A stretch of DNA of 64,000 bases from an uncultured Actinomycetes bacterium. Lineage in GTDB: Bacteria; Actinomycetota; Thermoleophilia; Gaiellales; Gaiellaceae. The stretch spans positions 60,956 to 124,955 of the forward strand of contig CAVRUF010000010.1 of assembly GCA_963724315.1 (NCBI GenBank). Direction: 5' to 3'. Made by a program: the position numbers and the translations under genes. The notes under the pieces are model-generated. The model did not search any database. It was not told the origin of the DNA and was given only the letters and a program-made list of their open reading frames with translations. Of the stretch, positions 51,769 to 62,285 are shown in pieces (position 1 is the first letter of the stretch; each line of letters opens with the position of its first letter).

Positions 51769-52169
51769 TCGCAGTCGATTCGAGCGTCGCCGTCGCCGCC
51801 TTCGCGTCGTGGCACGAGCTGCACGATCCCGCGCTCCGAGCCGTCGAGCGCGGCGCCCGACTCCCGGCGCAGGCGGCGCTCGAGACCTACGCAGTCCTCA
51901 CTCGGCTGCCGGCGCCGCATCGCGCCCCGGCGTCGCTCGTCCTCGCGTACCTCGACGACCGGTTTCCGGAGCCGTTGCTCGAGATCTCGGCAGCGCGGCT
52001 TCGCGACCTTCTGAGCGAGCTGGGCGGCCGTGACATCGCGGGCGCGGCGACCTACGACGCGGTCATCGCGGCGACGGCGCGCGCGCACGATGCCGAACTC
52101 GTGTCCTGCGACCGCCGGGCCGCCCCTACGTACGAGCGCCTCGGCGTCCGCGTCGCCTTCCTCGGCTAG
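51765..52169 (+). CDS. vapC: PIN-domain ribonuclease toxin (VapC-like)
   Basis: [12 protein letters not shown]… (N-terminal acidic D), …[10 protein letters not shown]…LVSCDRR… give the PIN acidic residues. It is paired with the antitoxin by a 4-bp overlap. Confidence 0.75.
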   Translation: MIAVDSSVAVAAFASWHELHDPALRAVERGARLPAQAALETYAVLTRLPAPHRAPASLVLAYLDDRFPEPLLEISAARLRDLLSELGGRDIAGAATYDAVIAATARAHDAELVSCDRRAAPTYERLGVRVAFLG

Positions 52170-54163
52170 ACAGCCGCCGCGGCGTCGAGCTCGCGCCGCA
52201 GGGCCTTGATCTCGTCGCGCAGCTTCGCGGCGTACTCGAACCGCAGCTCGTCGGCGGCGACGAGCATCTCCTCCTCGAGCGTGACCGAGAGCTTCTCGAT
52301 CTCCTCGCGGGTCATGCCCTCGGACTTCGGCGCGCGTCGCCGCTTGCCCGGGACGTTCGGCGACTCGAGGGAGAGGAACTCGGCGATGTCGGAGACGCCC
52401 TTGACGATCGTCTCGGGCGTGATCCCGTGCTCCGCGTTGTACGCGAGCTGGATCTCGCGGCGGCGGTTCGTCTCGTCGATCGCCCCGCGGATCGCGTCGG
52501 TGACCTTGTCCGCGTACATGAGCACCCGGCCGTTGATGTTGCGCGCGGCCCGCCCGATCGTCTGGATGAGCGCCGTCTTGCCGCGCAGGAAGCCCTCCTT
52601 GTCGGCGTCGAGGATCGCGACCAGCGACACCTCGGGCAGGTCGAGGCCCTCGCGGAGGAGGTTGACGCCGACGAGCACGTCGTACTCGCCGAGGCGCAGC
52701 TCGCGGATGATCTGGATCCGCTCCAGCGTGTCGATCTCGGAGTGCAGGTAGCGCGCCTTCAGGCCCGACTCGAGCAGGTAGTCGGTCAGGTCCTCGGCCA
52801 TCTTCTTCGTCAGCGTGGTCACGAGCGTGCGCTCCCCCACCTCCTCGCGGCGGCGCACCTCGTTCATCAGGTCGTCGATCTGGTTCAGCGTCGGGCGCAG
52901 CTCGACCTCGGGGTCGACGATCCCCGTCGGGCGGATGATCTGCTCCGCGATCACCGAGGAGTGGCCGGTCTCGAACGGCCCCGGGGTCGCGGAGACGAAG
53001 ATGAGCTGCGGCGTCCGCTCGAGGAACTCGTCGAAGCGCAGCGGCCGGTTGTCGAGCGCCGACGGGAGCCGGAAGCCGTAGTCGACGAGCGTCTGCTTGC
53101 GCGAGCGGTCGCCCTCGTACATGCCGCCGATCTGCGGGACGGTCTGGTGCGACTCGTCCACGAAGACCACGTAGTCGTCCGGGAAGAAGTCGAGCAGCGT
53201 GTTCGGCGGCGTCCCGGCCTCGCGGCCGTCGAGGATGCGCGAGTAGTTCTCGATCCCGTTGCAGTAGCCGAGCTCGCGGAGCATCTCCATGTCGTACTCG
53301 GTGCGCTGCCGGATGCGGTGCGACTCGAGCAGCTTGCCCTCGGCGTCGAAGCGCTTCACCTGCTCGTTCAGCTCGTGCTTGATCGCGCCGATCGAGCGCT
53401 CGATCGTGTCCTTGTCGGTCACGTACTGCGTCGCCGGGAAGATCGCCAGGTGCTCGAGCTTGGCGTAGATCTCGCCGGAGACCGGGTCGAAGTGCGTGAT
53501 CTGCTCGACCTCGTCCCCGAAGAGCGAGATGCGGTAGGCCGACTCCATCGACGCCGGCTGCACCTCGATCACGTCGCCGCGCACGCGGAAGCGGCCGCGG
53601 CCGAGGTACGAGTCGTTGCGCGAGTACTGGATGTCCACGAGCTTGCGCAGGAGCGCGTCGCGGTCGACCTGCTGCTCGAGCGCGAGCAGCACCGTCTTCT
53701 CCCGGTAGGTCTCGGGCGAGCCGATCCCGTAGATGCACGAGACCGAGGCGACGATGACGACGTCTCGGCGGGCGAGCAGCGCGCTCGTGGCCGCGTGGCG
53801 CAGACGGTCGATGTCGTCGTTCACCGACGAGTCCTTCTCGATGTAGAGATCGGCCTGGGGGACGTACGCCTCGGGCTGGTAGTAGTCGTAGTAGGAGACG
53901 AAGTACTCGACGGCGTTTCCGGGGAAGAACTCGCGGAACTCGTTGCAAAGCTGCGCAGCCAGCGTCTTGTTGTGCGCGATCACGAGCGCGGGGCGCTGGA
54001 TCTTCTCGATCGTCCAGGCCATCGCCGCGGTCTTGCCGGTCCCGGTCGCGCCGAGGAGCGTCTGGAAGCGGTTCCCCGCCGAGACCGAATCCGCCAGCGT
54101 GCCGATCGCCTCCGGCTGGTCACCGGTCGGCGAGTACGCGCTGTTGACCTCGAAGGCCGCCAT
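52166..54163 (-). CDS. uvrB: excinuclease ABC subunit B
   Basis: Read from [20 protein letters not shown]…[10 protein letters not shown]…[12 protein letters not shown]… to the C-terminal UVR domain (…[11 protein letters not shown]…) within ORF 52166..54601. The frame is intact. Confidence 0.95.
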   Translation of the reverse strand: MAAFEVNSAYSPTGDQPEAIGTLADSVSAGNRFQTLLGATGTGKTAAMAWTIEKIQRPALVIAHNKTLAAQLCNEFREFFPGNAVEYFVSYYDYYQPEAYVPQADLYIEKDSSVNDDIDRLRHAATSALLARRDVVIVASVSCIYGIGSPETYREKTVLLALEQQVDRDALLRKLVDIQYSRNDSYLGRGRFRVRGDVIEVQPASMESAYRISLFGDEVEQITHFDPVSGEIYAKLEHLAIFPATQYVTDKDTIERSIGAIKHELNEQVKRFDAEGKLLESHRIRQRTEYDMEMLRELGYCNGIENYSRILDGREAGTPPNTLLDFFPDDYVVFVDESHQTVPQIGGMYEGDRSRKQTLVDYGFRLPSALDNRPLRFDEFLERTPQLIFVSATPGPFETGHSSVIAEQIIRPTGIVDPEVELRPTLNQIDDLMNEVRRREEVGERTLVTTLTKKMAEDLTDYLLESGLKARYLHSEIDTLERIQIIRELRLGEYDVLVGVNLLREGLDLPEVSLVAILDADKEGFLRGKTALIQTIGRAARNINGRVLMYADKVTDAIRGAIDETNRRREIQLAYNAEHGITPETIVKGVSDIAEFLSLESPNVPGKRRRAPKSEGMTREEIEKLSVTLEEEMLVAADELRFEYAAKLRDEIKALRRELDAAAAV

Positions 54164-54241
54164 CGGGCCATCGTAGCCAGGCGGCTCCGTGTCGCTGTAC
54201 GCCGATTTCCCCCGTACACTCGAACGGCTTCTCGTCACACC

Positions 54242-56011
54242 ATGGGTCGTCGTCTCAGCAGCTTTCTCCTCCCCGCGCTCGTCTGCGCCTGCCTTGCCGC
54301 GCCCGGACTCGCGCACGCCGCGCGGCCGAACATCGTGCTCGTCCTGACCGACGACCAGCGCTGGGACACGGTCGCGTCGGTCATGCCGACCGTGGAGAGC
54401 GAGCTGGGCGGCCACGGCGTCACGTTCACGAACGCGTTCGCCGTCAACCCGCTCTGCTGCCCGAGCCGCGCGACGATCCTCACCGGGCGCTACTCCCATT
54501 CGACCGGCGTGTACGGCAACGGGCCGCCCGTACGGCGGCGTGAGCTGGTTCGACGACTCCTCGACGATCGCGACGTGGCTCCACACGGCCGGATACCGCA
54601 CCGGCTACATCGGCAAGTACCTGAACGGCTACGGCCGTTCGTGGGCGCCGCCGTCGATCAACCGCTGGTTCGTCCCGCCGGGCTGGGACCGGTGGTTCGG
54701 CTTCAACGGCGGCTACTACGGCTACGACGTCGAACTCGGACGGGTTCAACGTCCTCTTACGGCACGGACGAGACCGACTACTCCACCGACGTGTTCGCGC
54801 GCGAGGCGATCTCGAACTTCATGGACGCGACCGTCGGACGAGCCGTTCTTTCTCGTCTACGCGCCCGTATGCACCCCACGCGCCGGCCGATCCGCCCGCC
54901 CGCTACGACGGGCGCGTTCACGGGGATCCCTCCGTGGCGGCCGGCCTCCTTCGACGAGATGGACGTCTCCGACAAGCCGCGCTGGGTGCGCGACCGGCAT
55001 GCGGTTCACGCGCAAGCAGCGTGGGCCGAATCGGACGAGTTCCGGCGCGACCAGCTCGCGTCGCAGATGGCCGTCGACGACGGCGTGGAAGCGATCCTCG
55101 CTCGCCTGCAAGGCGTCCGGCCGGCTCGCGAACACGATGATCGTGTTCCTCTCCGACAACGGCCTCCTCTGGGGCGAGCATCGCATCTGGAACCGCAAGA
55201 ACGCGGCCTACGAGGAGTCGATCCGGATCCCGCTCATCATCCGCTACGACCCGCTCGTCGACGCGCCGCGCTCGAACGACGAGCTCGTGGGAAACGTCGA
55301 TCTCGCCCCCACGTTCGCGGCGGTCGCGGGCATCCCGGCCCCGGGGGCGCAGGGGAAGAGCCTGCTGCCGTTGCTCACCGCTGCCGCCGGTGACCCGCCG
55401 CCGTGGCGCAAGCGGCTCGTGATCGAGCACCTCAAGGGCCAGCCCGGCACCGGGGACGACGTTCCCACGTACTGCGCCGTGCGCAGCGACCGGTTCAAGT
55501 ACGTCGTCTATTCGACCCACGAGGAGGAGCTGTACGACCTGCTCGCCGACCCGGCGGAGCTCGACAATCGCGCCGCCGATCCCACGCTGCGCGCGACCAA
55601 GTTCGGGCTGCGCGCCGACGTGCACCGCCTCTGCAATCCGTCCCCGCCCGGGTTCGACCTGGCCTGGCTCTGCACGCTCGAGCCCGCGCCGGGCGCCACG
55701 TCGGTCACGGGGACGGCGGCCGCCGAGACGATCTGCGGACGCAAGGCGAGCGAGGTGCTCCAGGGCCGGGGCGGCAACGACGTGGTGCGCGGCGAGCGCG
55801 GAGACGACCGTGCTCTACGGAGGCGCGGGACCGGACAAGCTGATCGGCGGCGACGGCAGCGACCAGTCTCGACGGCGGGCCGAGCGACGACATCATCCTG
55901 GCGCGCGACGACCGCCGAGACCGGGTCGTCTGCGGCGCCGGGCTCGACCTCGTCCTCGCCGACAAGCGGGATCTCGTCACGCGCGACTGCGAGCAGGTGC
56001 GGCGCGGCTAG
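54242..56011 (+). pseudogene. secreted Cys-type sulfatase fused to C-terminal RTX-type Ca2+-binding repeats; at least 6 frame breaks
   Basis: [43 protein letters not shown]…[18 protein letters not shown] (FGly motif CxPSR) lies in the tail of ORF 52427..55393. It alternates with ORF 54540..56213 segments (…[14 protein letters not shown]…, …MIVFLSDNGLLWGEH…NVDLAPTF…). It then reads GRGGNDVVRGERGDD / VLYGGAGPDKLIGGDGSD / SLDGGPSDDIILARD…VVCGAGLDLVLADKRDLVTRDCEQVRRG to the stop at 56009-56011. Confidence 0.7.
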
Positions 56012-56017
56012 GAGGGC

Positions 56018-58558
56018 TCAGCCCCAGGGGAACTCGGGGGAGTGGCCGAGCTCGGCCGCGCGGTCGCCGCTCAACGCGAAGACGCGCACCTCATGGCCGG
56101 TTCCTTCCGCGGGCAGGACGCTCGCGGGCAGGTTGAAGCTGAACCCCGAGTCGTCGATCCCCTTGTGCCGCTCGGGCTCGAGAGTTCGGAAGGACTCGCC
56201 ACTCGCAACGTAGACGAGCTTCCCGTCGGCGAAGACGGCGATCGCGTCGACCGGCCGGCCGCCCTTGTCGTCGACCGCCCAGCCCTTGAACATGTAACGG
56301 TCGGTGAGGAAGCTCGTGCGCGACCCTGCCGTGAATCTCCTCGGGGGCGAGTTGGAGCGTCTTCCCGTCGGCGCGCCGCACCGTGTTCCCGTCGAGGAAG
56401 AAGGACGGCGCCGCCGGGCCGATCCGCGAGAGTGCGCCGTCGGCGCCGACGACAAGGATGTCGACCTCGTTGTCTCCCGCCACGAGCGAGCTCTCCGGCA
56501 CGAAGACGGCCAGGCGGGACTCGCCGCCGGCCGACTTGTAGACCTTCGTGGTCGCGACCACGCTCCCGTTCACGGCGACCGCCAGATCGGTTCCCTCGTC
56601 GACGCCGGAGACGCGACCTGTGACCCACGCGGGCGAGAGTTGCCCTGCCGGGTCGTAGTCGGCGAAGATCGCCCGGCCGTCGAGCTCGACGCTCGCCCGA
56701 CCCGCGCTGCCGACGTTCAATGAGTCGAGCGGCTTGCCGACCAGGTCGCTCCTGGGCCCGGCGCGGTAGATCTGATCCCAGCCGCCCGTTCCGAACAGGC
56801 CGGTCCAGTGGGCCACCGCCGCGTCTCGCTCGGCGAGCAGCCGCGAGAGCGGCGCCTCGAACTTCGCGCCCGCCTTCCCCGCGATCCGCACGACGCCGTC
56901 CGCCTCCGGCTCGCCTTCGAGGAGCGAACGGCCGTCCATCGGTTCGAGAACGTCGATCCCGAGCAAGTCGGTGATCGTCGGCAGCACGTCGATCGTCCGC
57001 ACGAACCCGTCCTGGACGCGACCCTCCTTCTGCTCCGGCAGCTTGATGAACAGCGGCACGAACGCGATGTCGTGCATCGTCTCGGCGGTCGCGTCTCTGC
57101 GCGGCAGCCCCGGCGTGAAGCTCACGCCGTGATCCGCCATCACGATCACGAGCGCGCGGTCGTAGAGCCCGGTCTTGTGCAGGCGGCGGAGGACGATCCC
57201 GAGCACCCGGTCGGTGTAGCCGACCTGGAGGAGGTAGCGCTCGTACCCCTGCTCGACGAGGAAGGGGTCGTCTGTCCACGTACGGTCTTCGACGCCGGGG
57301 ATGATCCGGGTGTCCCCGACGTAGTGCTTGCCCGACGGCAGGTAGCGCCACGGGATGTGCGGGTTCTGCACGTGCATGTAGTGCAGGCTGCGCGGCCGCG
57401 ACCCCGACATGGATCGCACCGATCCACAGATCGGCGCGCACTCGGCCGTGGCGACCTTGGCCCGGCCGTTCCCGGAGGCGACGTTCATGCCCGCGAAGTC
57501 CCGCCACGTCTGGTCCACCGGCGGGAAGGCCGAGCGCCAGCGAGTCCGGCAGGAGGACGTGGAGGTACACGAGGCCGGTGTCCGACGCGAGCGACGTCAG
57601 ACGCTCGCCGACCGGCTCGTCATCGGTCGGCTTGCAGAGGGCGACGGGACAGAGATGCGTGAGCGACTCGTGGACGCGCAGGCGGTAGCCGTTGCCGAGC
57701 AGGCGTGAAGAGGTTCTGCCGGTGGTTCGCGTAGATCGGCAGCTCGTCCTGGTTGGGCAGCTTCCCGGTGAGCGCCGAGGGAACCGCGTGCTCGGTGAAC
57801 GCGTGGACGGTCGTCGCCTGGCGGTAGAAGGTCGCGTCGCCCTCGAGCTCGGCAAAGTTGGGGAAGCGCTCGGCGTTCACGCGGCCGTCGGCGCCGAGGA
57901 GTCCGGCCGTGCTGAGCTCGTCGAACATGATGAACACGACGGGGATGTTCGAATGGACCGTCCCCGCCTGGATCGGCTTCTCGTCGACGCGAAGAAGCTC
58001 TGTGACCGGCGAGTGGAAGAGGAAGAGCGCGACGAAGATGAACGGCGCCGGCAGCAGGATCGTCAGGAACGACCGGACGGGCGCCACGCGAACGTAGGCG
58101 AAGGCGGCGGCGGCGCCCGCGAGACCGGCGACGATGACGAGCGACGTGCCCGAGTTCTCGGCGATGCGCTTCGCTCCCTGGAGCAGGATGAGCGCCGCAA
58201 GCCCGGCGATGAAGAGGACGTGGACGACCCACCAGACGCGCTCGCCGACGAACGCGGCCAGCCACTCGACCACCAGGAGCACGGCGGGCGGCACGAGCAG
58301 GATCCCGATCGCGAACACGAAGATGTCGAACGGCGTCGAGCCGCGCACCGCGAAGAACTCGGCGTTACGGGAGAAGAGGTAGTAGAGCGGCTGCGCGATC
58401 GCGAACGCCGACAGGACGACGATGTGGGCGGCGGGCGTCAGGAGCTTGCGCGGACGCACGCGCGGGCCGACCAGCCTGCGCAGCGCGCCTCCGCCCCCCG
58501 TCACCCCTGTGCCTTCCACGCTCGACATCTTGTCGCGGCCGCGTAGCGAGCGGGTCAA
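56018..58558 (-). pseudogene. polytopic membrane sulfatase-family (LTA-synthase/phosphoglycerol-transferase-like) protein with large C-terminal beta domain; 3-4 frame breaks
   Basis: The N-terminus has 5 TM helices plus …IPVVFIMFDELS… (ORF 57620..58558; ATG 58528 is an alternative start). This joins …LLGNGYRLRVHESLTHLCP… (ORF 56071..57855), which joins …HYMHVQNPHIPWRYLPSG…LVIVMADHG…TIDVLPTI… (ORF 56091..57518). The last segment is …FKGWAVDDKGGRPVDAIAVFADGKLVYV… (ORF 56018..56455). Confidence 0.6.
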
Positions 58559-59103
58559 GGCTCGAGCTCGTCGCCGTAGGCGCGTCGGTAGACATCGCGC
58601 AATTCGAGCACGTCGTCAACGTACTCCTCCGTCTCGGGAAAGGCGATCCCTTCGTCCTTTTCGATCCACTCGTCCACGTTCGCCTGGCCCGCGTTGTAGG
58701 CGGCGAGCGCGAGCCGCTCGTCGTCGTACTTGCGCAGCAGCCGGCGGAGGTAGAACGAGCCGTAGCGCACGTTGATCTCCGGGTCGTAGAGATCCTCGAC
58801 CACGAAGTCGTTGCCGCCCGTGTGGAGGGCGATCCCGCGCGCCGTGTCCGGGAGGAGCTGCATGAGCCCGATCGCGCCCGACGGCGACTCGGCGTCGGGG
58901 TCGAACTTGCTCTCGCGGTAGATGACCGCGGCGAGCAGAGCCGGGTCGAGGTCGTAGTTCTTCGCGTGCCCGACGACGATGTGCTCGTACGGCAGCGGGT
59001 AGCGCAGCTGCGCGTACCAGGCCGGCTTCGTCTTCTCGAGGTAGAGAACCGAGCCGGCGGCGAGCGCGAGGAGCGCGGCTACGGCGGCGACGATCTTCGT
59101 CAT
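58555..59103 (-). CDS. lytic transglycosylase (SLT domain), membrane anchored
   Basis: Read from MTKIVAAVAALLALAAGS… within ORF 58555..59442. Motifs are …AVIYRESKFDP.A.S.SGAIGLMQLLP.TA…AAYNAG…. Confidence 0.82.
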   Translation of the reverse strand: MTKIVAAVAALLALAAGSVLYLEKTKPAWYAQLRYPLPYEHIVVGHAKNYDLDPALLAAVIYRESKFDPDAESPSGAIGLMQLLPDTARGIALHTGGNDFVVEDLYDPEINVRYGSFYLRRLLRKYDDERLALAAYNAGQANVDEWIEKDEGIAFPETEEYVDDVLELRDVYRRAYGDELEP

Positions 59104-59753
59104 TCCCGTTCGGTCAGCCTGCGGATGACGTCGGACGCGGACGCGTCGAGGTGCTCGAGCGGCCCGGTGTTCTCGATCACGAAATCGGCGCGGGCGATCT
59201 TCTCCTCCTCGGGGATCAGCCGCTCCTCGCGGTCCGACACGGAGCGGCCCAGCCGCGCGGCGCGGATCTCCGGGGGCGCGGTCACGACCACGACCGCGTC
59301 GAACTGCCTGTCGCCGCCGACCTCGTAGAGCAGCGGCACCTCGGTGACGCAGACGGCGGGCGGATCGTCGAGCCGCGCCAGCTCCTCGCGCCAGTTGAGA
59401 TACGTGCCGACGACCGGAGGATGGAGCAGCCCCTCGAGCCACTGCAGCGCCTCGCGGTCGTGGAAGACGCGCTCGGCCACGCGGGCGCGGACGATCTCGC
59501 CGTCGTCGTCGAGCACGGCGGGCCCGAGCCGCTCGACGATCGCGCTCTTGACCTCCTCGTTCTCGCGCAGCAGCCGGTGCACGATCTCGTCGCTCGAGAT
59601 CGTCGCGGCCCCCTGCCGGGCGAACGCACGCAGCAACTCGCTCTTCCCCGCGCCGATCGCCCCTGTGATTGCGACTGCGACGGGGCGGCGCGACGATCTA
59701 GCTGGGATCGTCCTCGCCCTCGACGGGCTCGGCGACGGGCTCTTCGGCCGCAA
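59100..59753 (-). CDS. coaE: dephospho-CoA kinase
   Basis: ORF has …VAVAITGAIGAGKSEL (P-loop)…LLHP…VTEVPLLYE…. The start is uncertain. The only in-frame candidate upstream of the P-loop is TTG 59753, which overlaps the rpsA 3' end by about 55 bp. Confidence 0.8.
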   Translation of the reverse strand: MRPKSPSPSPSRARTIPARSSRRPVAVAITGAIGAGKSELLRAFARQGAATISSDEIVHRLLRENEEVKSAIVERLGPAVLDDDGEIVRARVAERVFHDREALQWLEGLLHPPVVGTYLNWREELARLDDPPAVCVTEVPLLYEVGGDRQFDAVVVVTAPPEIRAARLGRSVSDREERLIPEEEKIARADFVIENTGPLEHLDASASDVIRRLTERE

Positions 59754-61173
59754 TCTCGGCCTCGACGACCGCTTCCGCTTCGGCTTCCACTTCGGCCTCC
59801 ACGTCTGCCTCGGCCACCGCTTCGGCTTCCGCCTCGACCTCGGCTTCGAGCTCGGCCTCGACGACCGCTTCGGCTTCGGCTTCCACTTCGGCCTCCACGT
59901 CAGCTTCGGCCACGGCTTCGGCTTCCGCCTCGACCTCGGCTTCGAGCTCGGCCTCGACCTCCGCCTCGATCTCGGCGGGCCCTTCGGCCTCGGCCGTGGC
60001 GGGCTCGGCCGGCTGGTCGCCGTCGGTCTCGGTGGAGAAGACCGTCTCCTCGCCGCCCTCCTCGAGCCGCTTCAGCGAGAGTGAGAGGCGGCGGCGCTCG
60101 GCGTCCATCTCGATGATCTGCGCCTTGACGGTGTCGCCCTGGTTCACGATCTCACGCGGGTTCTCGACGTGGTGGTTCGCGAGCTCGGAGATGTGCACGA
60201 GGCCCTCGACGCCCGGGAGGATCTCGACGAAGGCGCCGAACGTGACCACCTTCGTCACGCGCCCCTCGACGACGTCGTTCTCGGAGTACGCGTCCACGAC
60301 CTGCTGCCACGGATCGCTCTGGGTCTGCTTGAGCCCGAGCGAGATCCGCTGCCGTTCGCGGTCGATGTCGAGCACCTTGACCTCGACCTCCTGGCCGATG
60401 TCGAGCACCTCGGACGGATGGTTCACGTGGCTCCACGAAAGCTCGGAGATGTGGATGAGGCCGTCGATCCCGTCGAGGTCGACGAACGCGCCGAAGTCGA
60501 CGATGTTCGAGATCGTGCCGGTGACGATGTCGCCGGGCGACAGCCGGTCGAGGATCGCCTGGCGGGCGTCCTTGCGCTCCTCCTCGAGCACGGCGCGCCG
60601 CGACAGCACCACGTTGTTGCGGCTGCGGTTGAGCTCGATCACCTTGGAGCGGAGCGTCTTGCCGAGGAACTCGTCCAGGTCCTGGACGCGGCGGATGTCC
60701 ACGAGCGAGGCGGGCAGGAAGCCGCGCACGCCGAGGTCGAGGATGAGACCGCCCTTGACGACCTCGATCACGATGCCCTCGACGGGCTCGCCGGTTTCGG
60801 CGGCGGCCTCGATCCTCTTCCACGCCATCTCGAAGCGCGCGCGCTTCTTGGAGAGGATGAGCCGGCCCTCGGCGTCCTCCTTCGTCAGAACCAGCGCGTC
60901 GATCTGGTCGCCGACCGAGACCTCGTCCGCCGGATCCACCGAACGGCGGATCGAAAGCTCGGAGACGGGGATGACGCCCTCGGACTTGTAGCCGATGTCG
61001 ACGAGCACCTCGTCCTTGTCCACCCGGACGACGGTGCCGCTCACGACCTCCCCTTCGTTGATGATCGGGAAGGTCGAGTCGTAATCCGGAATACGGTCAC
61101 CATCCGGACCGATAATCCAGAAATCTTCCTCAGACTTTGTGTGGTCTGCTTCTATAACCATCTCGCTCTGCAT
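59698..61173 (-). CDS. rpsA: 30S ribosomal protein S1 with acidic Glu/Ala/Val tandem-repeat C-terminal extension
   Basis: Read from MQSEMVIEADHTKSEEDFW… within ORF 59698..61587 (ATG 61161 is an alternative start). There are four S1 domains (…GEVVSGTVVRVDKDEVLVDIGYKSEGVIP…, …GIVIEVVKGGLILDLG.RGFLP…, …GTISNIVDFGAFVDL.GIDGLIHISEL…, …GRVTKVVTFGAFVEILPGVEGLVHISEL…), then (EAEV/EAEA)n. Confidence 0.93.
   Translation of the reverse strand: MQSEMVIEADHTKSEEDFWIIGPDGDRIPDYDSTFPIINEGEVVSGTVVRVDKDEVLVDIGYKSEGVIPVSELSIRRSVDPADEVSVGDQIDALVLTKEDAEGRLILSKKRARFEMAWKRIEAAAETGEPVEGIVIEVVKGGLILDLGVRGFLPASLVDIRRVQDLDEFLGKTLRSKVIELNRSRNNVVLSRRAVLEEERKDARQAILDRLSPGDIVTGTISNIVDFGAFVDLDGIDGLIHISELSWSHVNHPSEVLDIGQEVEVKVLDIDRERQRISLGLKQTQSDPWQQVVDAYSENDVVEGRVTKVVTFGAFVEILPGVEGLVHISELANHHVENPREIVNQGDTVKAQIIEMDAERRRLSLSLKRLEEGGEETVFSTETDGDQPAEPATAEAEGPAEIEAEVEAELEAEVEAEAEAVAEADVEAEVEAEAEAVVEAELEAEVEAEAEAVAEADVEAEVEAEAEAVVEAEIAAEEPVAEPVEGEDDPS
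59758..59980. repeat. 96-bp tandem repeat (2 full copies plus a partial copy) inside the rpsA 3' end
   Basis: GGCCTCGACGACCGCTTC…GGCTTCGAGCTC starts at 59758 and again at 59854 with only a few mismatches. It encodes ELEAEVEAEAEAVAEADVEAEVEAEAEAVVEA twice. Confidence 0.8.
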
Positions 61174-61204
61174 CAGGTGAGCGGGGAAGTATAGCCGTGA
61201 AACC

Positions 61205-62216
61205 TTGAATCCACGCGACTTCCTCACTACTGCGGCCATCGGGCTCGTCCTGATCGTCGGAGGGCTCGCAATCGCCGACTCCGTTCGCGGCTGCGACCGC
61301 TCCAACCAGGCGGCGGCGCCGACGACCACGCAGGCGACGACGACCGTCGACACCACCGCCCAGGGCCAGCAGCTGGAAGCCCCCGAAGGCTGGCCCACAG
61401 GCGTGCTGGACGGGGTGCTCACGTTCGTGGACGCCGACTCGTGCCAACTGCGGAGGATCGGGCTGACCCCCGGACGCGAGCGGCCGATCCAGCCCTTCCA
61501 AACCGACTGCGAGGGCCTGTGGGCGCCCAAGGTCGGCGCCCGCGTCGCCTTCATCCCGCCGGTCGGCGAAGGCGCGGCGATCCGCATCGCGGACCTCGGC
61601 CAGAGCGACCGGGACTACGGCATCTACCCGATTCTCGACGACAGCGGCGCCATGTGGAGCTTCGACGCCCAGCGCGTCGCCTGGTGCGACGATCTGGAAA
61701 CGGGGATCGAGCGCGAGATCCTCGGAGAAGCTCGGAACCTCAGCTTCTGTCCGCTGGCCTACACGCCGGACGGAGAGCTCGTCCACGCGGCGCGCGGAAG
61801 ACCGGCTGGTGGCCGGAACGCGCACGGTGCTGACCGCGTCGGGGCCGATCGCGTTCGCCCAGTTCGGGGCCGACGGTTCGGCGGTCGTACGCGTCGAGCG
61901 GACGCTCGAGCGCTACGCCGGCGACGCGCCGCCCGTGTCCGTCCGCCTGCCCGGGTTCTGGGTCGGCGCCGATCCCATCGTCAGTCCCGACACGTGCCTG
62001 GCCGCGGTGCCGCTCGACGACGGGATCTCCGTGCTCTCTCTGTGCAGCTCCGACCCGAGGATCGAGTTCGACGGCTTCGCCGCGACCTGGTCTCCGGACG
62101 GACAGTGGCTCGCGATCGCCGAGCCGGACGCGATCGTCTTCCACCGGCTCGTGGGACCGGAGCAGACCCTCCGCTGGCCGGCGCACGCCGCCCAGCTCGC
62201 CTGGAGCGCAAGCTGA
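61205..62216 (+). pseudogene. membrane-anchored PD40/TolB-like beta-propeller-repeat protein, tandem paralog 1; one frame break near 61800
   Basis: TTG 61205 opens MNPRDFLTTAAIGLVLIVGGLAIADSVRGC…GVLTFVDADSCQLRRIGL…CEGLWAPKVGARVAF…WSFDAQRVAWCD…FCPLAYTPDGELV. This joins ORF 61809..62216 (…ATWSPDGQWLAIAEPDAIVF…). Confidence 0.55.
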
Positions 62217-62285
62217 CGTCGGCAGGTTCCGGCCACGCAACCCATTGAGCTCGCCCGGCGGTCCGGCTAGTCCTACAGTTGGGCC

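Noticed and set aside
52427-54240. N-terminal about 600 aa of the 988-aa plus ORF 52427..55393
   Set aside because: It is antisense to the intact uvrB. Only the last part, from ATG 54242, is real coding sequence (the sulfatase N-terminus).
59758-59980. Regular direct repeats that could superficially resemble a CRISPR or minisatellite array
   Set aside because: The repeat units are contiguous with no spacers, 96 bp long and in frame with rpsA. They encode the acidic tail.
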